A stretch of 64,000 bases of DNA from Mustelus asterias (taxonomy: Eukaryota): contig NC_135803.1 in assembly GCF_964213995.1 (NCBI RefSeq), positions 126,728,001-126,792,000 on the forward strand, written 5' to 3'. Under the pieces are notes generated by a model that searched no databases, was not told where the DNA came from, and saw only the letters and a list, made by a program, of their open reading frames with translations. Shown piece after piece: positions 24,336-33,301 of the stretch (positions are counted from its first letter, which is position 1; each line of letters opens with the position of its first letter). A program made the position numbers and the translations under genes.

Positions 24336-24666
24336 AGAACATCGTTTTAGAAATAATCCAGCCACACTATTTTCATCTAACACCAACATTTGCTATGAGA
24401 GAGAAACACAAGGTTTGCATATTGGTCGTTAACTTGGCATCTTTTAATGGACAGCAGTTCAACACATGAGGTACCATTAAAAACAGCATGAAACTGTGAA
24501 AACAATTGATCTACCAACAAAATATTGATTACAACACAGGTCAATGCTCATGATCATGAACACTAGTCAATGACGAGAGGCTGTTCAAAAACAGATAGGA
24601 CGATACTGTTCCCATTGACTGAAGCGTTGAGAATCAGCAGCGACAGATTTAAGGTGAATGTCAATG

Positions 24667-24869
24667 ATGTGGAGATACCGGTGTTGGACTAGGGTTGTCA
24701 AGATGAGAGGCCAGATGGACCCCAGGTTATAGTCCAACAGGTTTATTTGAAATCACAAGCTTTCAGAGCGCTGCTCCTTCACCTGACGAAGAAACAGTGC
24801 TCAGAAAGCTTGCGATTTTAAATAAACCTGTTGGCCTATAACCTGGTGTCGTACGACGTTTCAACATCT
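24667..24869. mobile_element. Fold-back Penelope-like element (older subfamily)
   Basis: Arms 24722-24780 and 24788-24846 with a 7-nt loop, diverged outer arm, ~35-nt unpaired tail, TSD TCAATG; degenerate hammerhead at 24779-24815. Confidence 0.8.
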
Positions 24870-25189
24870 TCAATGGTGACAGGAGGGAAAAAAAACTTCT
24901 TTATACAGCCAGGGCTCAGGAACTGGAAATCACCACCCAACTGAGGACAAGATTCAATCCTGGCTTTCAAATGGGAATTTTACACAAGCATTTCCAATCA
25001 CTCCAACAGTAAAGAATGGTCATATTTACATTTTCCCTAAGATCAAAATTTATTATGACTTATGATTTGAAATGACAAAGTTGGCAGCGGGCTGTGCTGG
25101 AAAAGGTAAGGCGCACCTGGAATCCACATCTGGAAAAGGTAAGGCAGTACTAAGTCCAGAAGGGAAGGAGGCAACTTGTTAACACAGCA

Positions 25190-25320
25190 GCGGGCTCAGA
25201 TTGACAGCAGCCACAGCCAATCAGCACAGCGACAGTGGGAGCAGGCACCAATCAGCGGGCGGCAGGGGCGGGCTCTCAGCGTTGCCCGGGCCAGAGTTCC
25301 AAAGGGCAGCAGCGCGCGCG
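25190..25320 (+). promoter_or_regulatory. ACOX2 proximal promoter / CpG-rich region
   Basis: Two CCAATCAGC boxes (25217, 25248; 31 bp apart, NF-Y type), a GC box GGGGCGGG (25265-25272), and the only non-repeat CpG-dense patch in the window, directly before ATG 25321. Confidence 0.75.
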
Positions 25321-25468
25321 ATGGCGTCGTTAGCTTTCGACAGCGGCTCGCGCCCAACCGTTAACCCCGACATCGCGAGCGAGCGGGGGGATCCCACTTT
25401 CCCGCTCGAGAAACTGGTCAACCTGCTGGACGGCGGAGCGGGTCGCACCCGCACCAGGAGGGCTGTCG
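25321..25468 (+). CDS. ACOX2: ACOX2 coding exon 1
   Basis: gcgATGG Kozak-like start. MASLAFDSGSRPTVNPDIASERGDPTFPLEKLVNLLDGGAGRTRTRRAV is an ACOX N-terminus (NPDI..ER...F....L...LDGG). Donor G|gtgagt. Confidence 0.9.
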
Positions 25469-25490
25469 GTGAGTCCCGATCAGGGAACGT

Positions 25491-25700
25491 CCGCGGTCAA
25501 ACCGACAGTTGCATGGCCAGAGTGTGTCCGTTTAAACCGGGGGCTGCGTGGCCAGAGTGTGTCCGGTCAAACCAGGGGCTGCATGGTCAGAGTGTCCGGT
25601 TAAACCGGGGCTGCATGGTCAGAGAGTGTCCGGTCAAACCAGGGGTTGCATGGTCAGAGTGTGTCCGGTCAAACCGGGGGCTGCATGGTCAGAGAGTGCC
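25491..25700. repeat. GC-rich minisatellite, ~6 x 33-37 bp
   Basis: Unit CCGGTCAAACCRGGGGCTGCATGGTCAGAGTGTGT, starting ~22 nt into ACOX2 intron 1. Confidence 0.9.
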
Positions 25701-26051
25701 AATTTCACAATTACAGGATTTAATCCAAAACACTGAATAGACCTGAACTTTTCAGTTAAAGCCTCTAATTTGCCAGCTTGTCCCAAATCCAGTCTGGCAA
25801 AAACTCCCTTAACTAGATATTGGGAAGATTGACACAGTTGTCCTCTGTCCCCTCACTCCTGTCCCCTCGTCACCTCTCTCTGGAAGCTGTCTGCAATCTA
25901 ACCAAATTGCTCCTAACCTTTATAGCCCTATTTAACCGCAACATGATAAGACCGCCTATTTTACTGGTTCCCAAACTGGGGTCCATGAACCAGTAAGACG
26001 TTTAACAACACCAGGTTAAAGTCCAACAGGTTTATTTGGTAGCAAAAGCCA

Positions 26052-26088
26052 CACAAGCTTTCGGAGCTCTTAGCCCCTTCTTCAGGTG
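26052..26088 (-). ncRNA. Minimal hammerhead ribozyme motif (left arm)
   Basis: Mirror image of 26818-26854. Confidence 0.7.
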
Positions 26089-26817
26089 AGTGGGAATTCT
26101 GTTCACAAACAGAGCTTATAAAGACACAGACTCAAATTACATGAATAATGCTTGGAATGCGAATACTTACAACTAATCAAGTCTTTAAGAAACGAAACAA
26201 TGTGAGTGGAGAGAGCATCAAGACAGGCTAAAAAGATGTGTATTGTCTCCAGACAAGACAGCCAGTGAAACTCTGCAGGTCCACGCAACTGTGGGAGTTA
26301 CAAATAGTGTGACATGAACCCAATATCCCGGTTGAGGCCGTCCTCGTGTGTGCGGAACTTGGCTATCAGTTTCTGCTCAGCGACTCTGCGCTGTCGTGTG
26401 TCGCGAAGGCCGCCTTGGAGAACGCTTACCCGAATATCAGAGGCCGAATGCCCATGACCGCTGAAGTGATATTCGGGTAAGCGTTCTCCAAGGCGGCCTT
26501 CGCGACACACGACAGCGCAGAGTCGCTGAGCAGAAACTGATAGCCAAGTTCCGCACACACGAGGACGGCCTCAACCGGGATATTGGGTTCATGTCACACT
26601 ATTTGTAACTCCCACAGTTGCGTGGACCTGCAGAGTTTCACTGGCTGTCTTGTCTGGAGACAATACACATCTTTTTAGCCTGTCTTGATGCTCTCTCCAC
26701 TCACATTGTTTCGTTTCTTAAAGACTTGATTAGTTGTAAGTATTCGCATTCCAAGCATTATTCATGTAATTTGAGTCTGTGTCTTTATAAGCTCTGTTTG
26801 TGAACAGAATTCCCACT

Positions 26818-26854
26818 CACCTGAAGAAGGGGCTAAGAGCTCCGAAAGCTTGTG
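26818..26854 (+). ncRNA. Minimal hammerhead ribozyme motif (right arm)
   Basis: CAC-CUGAAGA-A-GGGGC-UAAGA-GCUCC-GAAA-GCUU-GUG: CUGANGA/GAAA core, helix II hairpin, helix I CAC/GUG, and a palindromic AAGCUU in place of helix III. Confidence 0.72.
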
Positions 26855-27029
26855 TGGCTTTTGCTACCAAATAAACCTGTTGGACTTTAACCTGGTGTTG
26901 TTAAACGTCTTACTGTGTTTACCCCAGTCCAACGCCGGCATCTCCACATCATGACGTCCATGAACCACCCAGGTGCCGTGGTCAACAGTAAGGGAGTGAA
27001 TGACAGCTGCAGGTGTGGCCCGCACAGCT

Positions 27030-27073
27030 TGTGCTCTTGTTCCCTGTGCTCTTGTTCCCTGTGCTCTGTTCTC
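27030..27073. repeat. 15-bp tandem repeat x3
   Basis: TGTGCTCTTGTTCCC repeated about three times. Confidence 0.8.
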
Positions 27074-27080
27074 CAGGCTT

Positions 27081-27164
27081 GATGTGGAGATGCCGGCGTT
27101 GGACTGGGGTAAACACAGTAAGAAGTCTCACAACACCAGGTTAAAGTCCAACAGGTTTATCTGT
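27081..27164 (-). mobile_element. Penelope-like family-1 80-bp 3' stub
   Basis: Tail plus GGTTAAAGTCCAACAGGTTTAT; TSD CAGGCTT(GA) at 27074 and 27165. Confidence 0.85.
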
Positions 27165-27313
27165 CAGGCTTGAAAGCAGGCATTTGTATCTTGCTGATAT
27201 TTGTGAAACTCTATATGCAGCACCTTCGTATGATGACTACTATATAGTATAACTTAGATTGGGAAGGGAGTCTGTGATTATCAATCCATTTGAAAAGGGT
27301 TCGTTCAATTAAA

Positions 27314-27786
27314 CATAGAAACTAGGAGTAGCAGGAGTAGGCTATTTGGCCCTTCGAGCCTGCTCCGTCATCTTTATCATGGCTGATCATCGAATTCAAT
27401 ATCCTGATCCCCTCTTCCTGCCATATGCCTGCTGTGATAGTGGAATCGGACACTTTAGGAACTTTCAAGCGGTTATTGGATAGGCACATGGAGCACACTA
27501 GAATGATAGGGAGTGGGATAGCTTGATCTTGGTTTCGGAAAAGGTTTGGCACAACATCGTGGGCCGAAGAGCCTGTACTGTGCTGTACTGTTCTATGAAT
27601 CTATGAATCCCTGATCCCTTTAGCCCCAAGAGCTATATCTAATTTCTTGAAATCACTCAACGTTTTGGCCTCAACTACATTCTGTGGTAGTGAATTCCAC
27701 ACATTCACCACCCTCTGGGTGAAGAAATTTCCCCTCGCCTCAGTTCTAAAAGGTTTACCCCTTATCCTCAAACTATGACCCCTATG
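27314..27786 (-). mobile_element. CR1 3' fragment containing a second CR1 3' fragment (27427-27606, + strand)
   Basis: Outer copy matches 1140-1425 and has TSD ATTAAA; inner copy matches the reverse complement of 6142-6320. Confidence 0.85.
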
Positions 27787-29187
27787 ATTAAAGTTTGAGA
27801 ACCACTGGCCTATTTCAATCTCCATAACATCCACCGACCTTGCTAAATCACTCATCAATACCTTTGCTAATTCCCAACTTGATTGTTCCAGTTTTAAAAA
27901 ATATTTTTTACTCCATCCTTAAAATTACAAAGCCAATGCTCAGAGTGGAGCAGGCAAATCCAAATCCATCCCTTGCTTGCTCCAAAAACCAAATTCAAAT
28001 TAAATCCACTCGAGGTTTCTTCAAGAGACAAACAAGATCCAAGCTGTCTGACCAGTCTTCCATATTCTTCTGTCTGTAAGCCTGAGTCATCCAAAGTTTT
28101 GCTGTCCCTTTGTTAATCACACCATTAACTCATGTTAACTATGTTAATTGTGTTTCACTGAAGTTATGAGCATTTGCGGACTGAAAAATGTGCATTATAA
28201 GCAAACGATTCCTCAACTGCTGAGCACACTTCCATGTCTCCAAGTGGCAGGGATTGCAATCTAGGTAAAATGATGTTAATAAGGTTATTCTACAGACCAT
28301 CTATTAAGGGAAGTGGAGGAAAACTCTGTAAGCTATCTTAACTACCCCCAAACAACTGGCATAAAGAGGGATAAGAGTTTTTACAATGTATTCAGGACAC
28401 CTTTCATAGCCAGTATATAAGGAGCACAAGAAATGAATCAGATGAACACAAGAAATTGGAACAGGAGTGAACCATATGCTCTGCTATTCAGTACAACCAT
28501 GGCTGATCTCAGTCAGCTCCACTTTTCTGCCCGCACCCTGTGATCCTTTTGTTCCCTAATGACCAACTATCCTTCTGTTTAGCTGGTGGAACTAATAATG
28601 GGAAATGAATCAGAACAAATAACGGATTGAAGCTTAACAGAACATACAAAATTTTAATTGGCAATGCAAGTTGAAGATAAAGGTTGGAAAAACATAAGTA
28701 AGGCAAAAAATGTAGTCGATTAGGGGAAAGAAGCAGATTTTGAGGAGACGAGAACAAAACTAGGGCCAAGAAATGGGAAAAAGATTGAAAAACAATCAGT
28801 GGGAACTATTTTTGTTTAAAGTGATCAACAAATTTTAGGAGAAATACATTCCACTAAAAAGCCAAAGAGCAAACTAGCCAATAATGAAACACCATGGATG
28901 AATAAAATGGTAGGGACAGAATTGAATCTAAAGAAGGCATACACTGAAAACATGGACAATAAAGGAGGAAATGGCAAAGGGAATACAAAGAGGTTAGGAA
29001 ATAAATAAAATGAACAAATAGGAAGACAGAGAAACTACAAAATTATGTTATGAAGTATTATGAAAAGAAATAGTGAAATATCCTACAGGTGCATAAATAG
29101 CAGAAGGTAAAGCAGGATAGGGATGGGCCACTAAATGATGTACAAGATAAACTCACCAGTAATGGGGCAAAATGACAAAAGTATTAG

Positions 29188-29435
29188 AACCATTGAATCC
29201 CTACAATGCAGAAATAGGCCCAGCAAGCTTGCAGCAACTCTGAAAGAACATCCCACCCAGGCCCTCCCCTCTGTTCCATCTCCGTAACCCCACACGTTTA
29301 CTACGGCTAATCCACCAAACCTACATGTCTTTGGACTGTGGGAGGAAACCGACGCAGGCACAGGGAGAATGTGCAAATTCCACACAGCCAGCCACCCAAG
29401 TCCAGAATTGAAACCAGGTCCCTGGCGCCATGAGG
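29188..29435 (-). mobile_element. HE1-like V-SINE, partial
   Basis: V-domain and type A tail, with an internal deletion. Confidence 0.8.
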
Positions 29436-29489
29436 TATTAGATCATTACTTTTCCTCTATTTTTATCAGGGAGACTAACAAGGTGGACA

Positions 29490-29940
29490 TTTTTGATTTG
29501 ATTTGATTTATTATTGTCACATGTATTAACATACAGTGAAAAATATTGTTTCTTGCGCTATACAGACAAAATATACCGTTCATAGAGAAGGAAATGAGAG
29601 AGTGCAGAATGTAGTGTTACAGTCATAGCTAGGGTGTAGAGAAAGATCAACTTAATGCAAGGTAAGTCCATTCAAAAGTCTGACAGCAGCAGGAAAGAAG
29701 CTGTTCTTGAGTCGGTTGGTACATGACCTCAGACTTTTGTATCTTTTTCCCGAAGGAAGAAGGTGGAAGAGAGAATGTCCGGGGTGCATGGGGTTCTTAA
29801 TTATGCTGGCTGCTTTGCTGAGGCAGCGGGAAGTATAGACAGAGTCAATGGATGGGAGGCTGGTTTGCGTGATGGATTGTGCTACATTCACAACCTTTTG
29901 TAGTTCCTTGCGGTCTTGGGCAGAGCAGGAGTCATACCAA
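29490..29940 (-). mobile_element. Rex1/Babar LINE 3' fragment
   Basis: ORF 29652-29966: WY..CSAQDRKELQKVV..AQ.I....LPS...HPGHSLFHLLPSGKRY....RLKNSFFPAAVRLLN, the typical Rex1/Babar C-terminus; (AATCA)n tail. Confidence 0.9.
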
Positions 29941-30129
29941 GACATGACTTTAGGAGAAGAAATCATAAAAGATACAAGGACGTTTAAAATAGAAAGGGGA
30001 ATATAATTGATATATTAATAAAAACCTAGAGACAGTGAAGCCCAGGGTCTGAGTGGATTATATCCAGGCATACTAAAAGAGGCCGGGGAACAGATAGTAG
30101 CATTACTATTGTATTTCATCCTGCAAAGC

Positions 30130-30437
30130 TATAGAATCCTACACTGCAGGAGGTCATTTGTCCTATTGAGTCAGCACCGACCACAGCCCCACCCAAGCCC
30201 TATCCCCATGCATTTACTCTGTTTAGTACCCCTGACATTAAGGGGCAATTTAGCATAGCCAATCAACCTAACCTGCAAACGTTGGACTATGGGAGGAAAC
30301 TGGAGCACCCGGAGGAAACCCATGCAGACACAGGGAGAATGTGCAAACTCCACACAGACAGTGACCCAAGGCTGGAATTGAACCCGGGTTCCCGGCGTGT
30401 GAGGCAGCAGTGTTAACCACTGTGCCACCATGCCGCC
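30130..30437 (-). mobile_element. HE1-like V-SINE (tail type A)
   Basis: Full head, V-domain and tail. Confidence 0.88.
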
Positions 30438-30504
30438 AGGACAGCATGTTAAGTCTTTCTAGCAGTTGATAACTTTACCAACATATAAGCTAAATAAACA
30501 ACTT

Positions 30505-30632
30505 AATAAACAAAAGTAAGCAAAATGCTGTGGATGCTGGAATCTGAAACAAACCGGAGAATGCTGGAAAAGGTCAGCAGGACAGATGCTGCCAGATTTG
30601 CTGAGCTTTTCCAGCATTCTCTGTTTTGTTTC
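30505..30632. mobile_element. Fold-back element, Penelope-like family 2
   Basis: Arms TGAAACAAACCGGAGAATGCTGGAAAAGGTCAGCA and TGCTGAGCTTTTCCAGCATTCTCTGTTTTGTTTCA, ~40-nt unpaired tail, exact 13-bp TSD AAATAAACAACTT (30492-30504, 30633-30645). Confidence 0.75.
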
Positions 30633-31277
30633 AAATAAACAACTTGTCCTTTAGAACAGACTTTAGTAACTGGCATAGTCTTCTGCATTTATTCTGGTCC
30701 TCTGTTAAAAGTACAATTGCCAATCAGAACATCCTCCAGTTGTTTTTAGAGGCATCTACCTATTTGACTGTTTATGTATAATATTGAATACTTTCCTGCT
30801 CCTGCTCAAATGACCAGTATGCCCAGGCTGAAATTACCTGAAGGTGCAGGCACATTGGTTAATGAAGCTTTAATTTTGTTTGAGAAGTGAAAGCTGCAAG
30901 ATTAATCAAGTTTAGTCAGAATACTTCATCTCCTGATTGGAAACAATATTACACAATTTCTTTTGCTTATTTAAGTATGGAATGTTATTATAGATGAGAA
31001 AAAATAACTTGTTTTCAATTTTTGTTTAAAGTTCGGAAAAGTATGAGGTTTCAATTCTTGGAGTATGGGAACTGCTTGAGCTAAACAGCTGCTGGAGGAG
31101 TGGAGGCTAGGGAAGAAAGGGAGGAGGGTGCAATAAACAATATAAAATATATTCCACAATTTTGGGGCTTTATGTATAATGAGTAATTCAGTATCCGTTT
31201 TGAACTTTACAGGAATTGATATGTTAATCAAAAATTTAAATATATTTTACTTACAATATTTTTCTTTGTTTTGTCAG

Positions 31278-31440
31278 ACCATCTTGTCAATTCTGATGCT
31301 GTTTTCAACGAAGAAAATGTGTATTTCTTGACGCAGACTGAGCGATATGAAGCAGCTGTAAAAAGAGCTGTGCATCTTCGGCAGAAGATGAAGAAATTGG
31401 GCTGGACTGATGATGGGCCGGAGATAGAGTTTGCTTTTAG
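31278..31440 (+). CDS. ACOX2: ACOX2 coding exon 2
   Basis: ttgtcag| ... AG|gtattg; DHLVNSDAVFNEENVYFLTQTERYEAAVKRAVHLRQKMKKLGWTDDGPEIEFAFR; phase-compatible. Confidence 0.92.
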
Positions 31441-32109
31441 GTATTGCTTTTAAACAAAAAATGCCAATGTGTTCTTTGTAAGAGCCCTTTTACAGAAATT
31501 GTACTTTTCTCCTTCCCCAAGTGTATCACCCACAGTAAGAAATCTACTATCAGGCCTGCACAAGCTATGCATTGAAACAGGCCCACGGGAAGTACATGAG
31601 GTATTTGGACCCAAATATTCATATCTCGCTGTGGAAAAATTCCAGTCAGACACTGCTGAATAGAATCATAGCTAATATCAAAAATAAACCATATGGTAGA
31701 GTCTACAAGTTCAAAGACATTTATCAACACATTGAAGCATAGTTGCCATTCAATTTAAGGTCGAAGTGAGAATGTTGCTTAAAATATAAATGTATTCTTT
31801 TTAAGAACACTAAACCAATGGTGTATGGCAAGGTTCCATTTACTGAAAGACAGACCATAAAAGAATCAAGCTGTTTGACACTCAGTAATAGGCTACAATC
31901 TCAAGCCCTTATCTGCAGAGCGTGATGCTAGAGTCAACAGGTGGGAGTTATTGAGCTGGTTTAGCATCCGGGTCTTACTGAGGTCATTCATAAAGCAGGT
32001 CTTCATATATATACACTCAGGCATCCACTTTCATCTCTTCAGTTTATACACATCAGGTAATGGGCAACTTGATAATTTCTTTAAACACAGTTTCAGATGA
32101 GTCTGGTGT

Positions 32110-32376
32110 TTCTTTTATTCATTCGTGGGACATGGGCATCGCTGGCTGGCCAGCATTTATTGCCCACCCCTAGTTGCCCTTCGAGGGCAGTTGAGAGTCA
32201 ACCACATTGCTGTGGGTCTGGGGTCACATGGAGGCCAGACCGGGTAAGGACGGCAGATTTCCTTCTCTAAAGGACATTAGTGAACCAGATGGGTTTTCTG
32301 ACAATCGACAATGGTTTCACAGTCATCAGTAGATTCTTAATTCCAAATATTTTTTTGTTTTATTGAATTCAAATTC
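32110..32376 (-). mobile_element. tRNA-headed SINE family 3, head truncated
   Basis: Homologous to 59830-60085; its 3' tail matches the 3' end of the LINE at 63650-63735. Confidence 0.85.
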
Positions 32377-32389
32377 TATCTGTCTTTAG

Positions 32390-32544
32390 GGCCCTAGGAG
32401 GAAATGTGGCCTTTGGAGTCCACAATGGAGTCTTTATACCAACAATCACAGAACTGGGAACAGATGCACAGATTGCAAAGTGGGTTCCACTGGCTAAGGA
32501 TTACCAGATTATTGGAACTTACGCTCAAACGGAGCTAGGCCATG
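32390..32544 (+). CDS. ACOX2: ACOX2 coding exon 3 (GC donor)
   Basis: tctttag| ... CATG|gcaagt; ALGGNVAFGVHNGVFIPTITELGTDAQIAKWVPLAKDYQIIGTYAQTELGH, containing the conserved YAQTELGHG motif. Confidence 0.92.
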
Positions 32545-33193
32545 GCAAGTGGACAATTTGATATACTTGAACACTGTTTACCAACACAATTTTATATTGC
32601 ACCTTTGATTTAAGCTTTATAATTTTACAAAATCAAATTGCAGGGCACTTCACTGTTAAAATTTTAGTAAAAAAGTCAGCTGCTAAGTGAAACTTTGGGC
32701 TTCAGCATACTATGATTCAAAGCAGAGGTAGCAGTTTCTATTGTGAATTCCACACTATGAATTCTGATCTTGATTATGCAAGCAATTAATTACATTCACA
32801 TTGGCTCCTTTTTGAAAGTGATGATTAACAAACAGATTGAAATTAAATTGTAAATTCATTAATTAGTAGTCTGCACCAGTAGCTGGTATCTAGCTGGTTC
32901 ATAAATATTCATTATAATTGAGGTAGTTGGATATTATTCCGTTTCAATTGGATAAACATAGCTTTCAGTTCAGGATATTTAGTATGATCAGCACCTCTGT
33001 TGAGCAGTGTAACAAGCTTTACTGAACTCAGCAGTGCTGCTGAACCTGAGACAAGCATATTAACTGAACCTGAAATTTGTCTGTTTAAGTGATAACAACC
33101 AATAAGACTTTATGACAGTAAGGTAGTCAACCTTTTGTTTCCGACTGTGATCTCTTAAACTTTCCACATCATGTACCTGCTGTTTATTTTAAG

Positions 33194-33301
33194 GCACGTA
33201 CCTTCGTGGACTAGAGACAACGGCAACCTTTGACGCTTTCAGCCAGGATTTCATCCTCAACACACCAGAAACATCCTCGATAAAATGGTGGCCTGGTGAC
33301 T
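33194..33301 (+). CDS. ACOX2: ACOX2 coding exon 4
   Basis: ttttaag| ... T|gtaagc; [36 protein letters not shown](L). KWWPGDLG is the ACOX2-type motif (ACOX1 has KWWPGGLG). Confidence 0.93.

Larger units (their letters stand above)
25991..26955. mobile_element. Fold-back Penelope-like retroelement, 449-bp inverted arms
   Basis: Arms 25991-26439 and 26467-26915, 27-nt loop, 40-nt unpaired tail, TSD GTCCATGAAC(C) at 25981 and 26956. Encodes a GIY-YIG endonuclease C-terminus (HFSGHGHSASDIRVSVL...RRVAEQKLIAKFRTHEDGLNRD). Confidence 0.92.
25962..27807. mobile_element. hAT (Charlie-like) MITE expanded by nested insertions
   Basis: TIRs TACTGGTTCCCAAACT and AGTTTGAGAACCACTG with an exact 8-bp TSD GCCTATTT (25954-25961, 27808-27815). 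Confidence 0.85.
28200..30115 (+). mobile_element. Very old CR1-like ORF2 remnant, multiply interrupted
   Basis: Purine-rich degenerate sequence with YRP, PWMN and PG..G.YP.ILKE-like remnants between younger insertions. Confidence 0.45.

Noticed and set aside
25491-25700. CRISPR-like array of ~35-bp repeats
   Set aside because: The units are head-to-tail with no unique spacers, there are no cas genes, and the context is vertebrate.
25201-25740. 179-aa ORF as a complete protein
   Set aside because: Only 25321-25468 is ACOX-like; the rest is promoter sequence and intronic minisatellite read through a strong GTGAGT donor.
26103-26803. Two identical 61-aa ORFs on opposite strands, suggesting a duplicated gene
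   Set aside because: They are a by-product of the inverted repeat and lie mostly in the Penelope 3' region.
31441-33193. ACOX1 identity and duplicated, mutually exclusive exons 3a/3b
   Set aside because: Only one YAQTE-containing exon is visible; KWWPGDLG and the FAM107 neighbour point to ACOX2.
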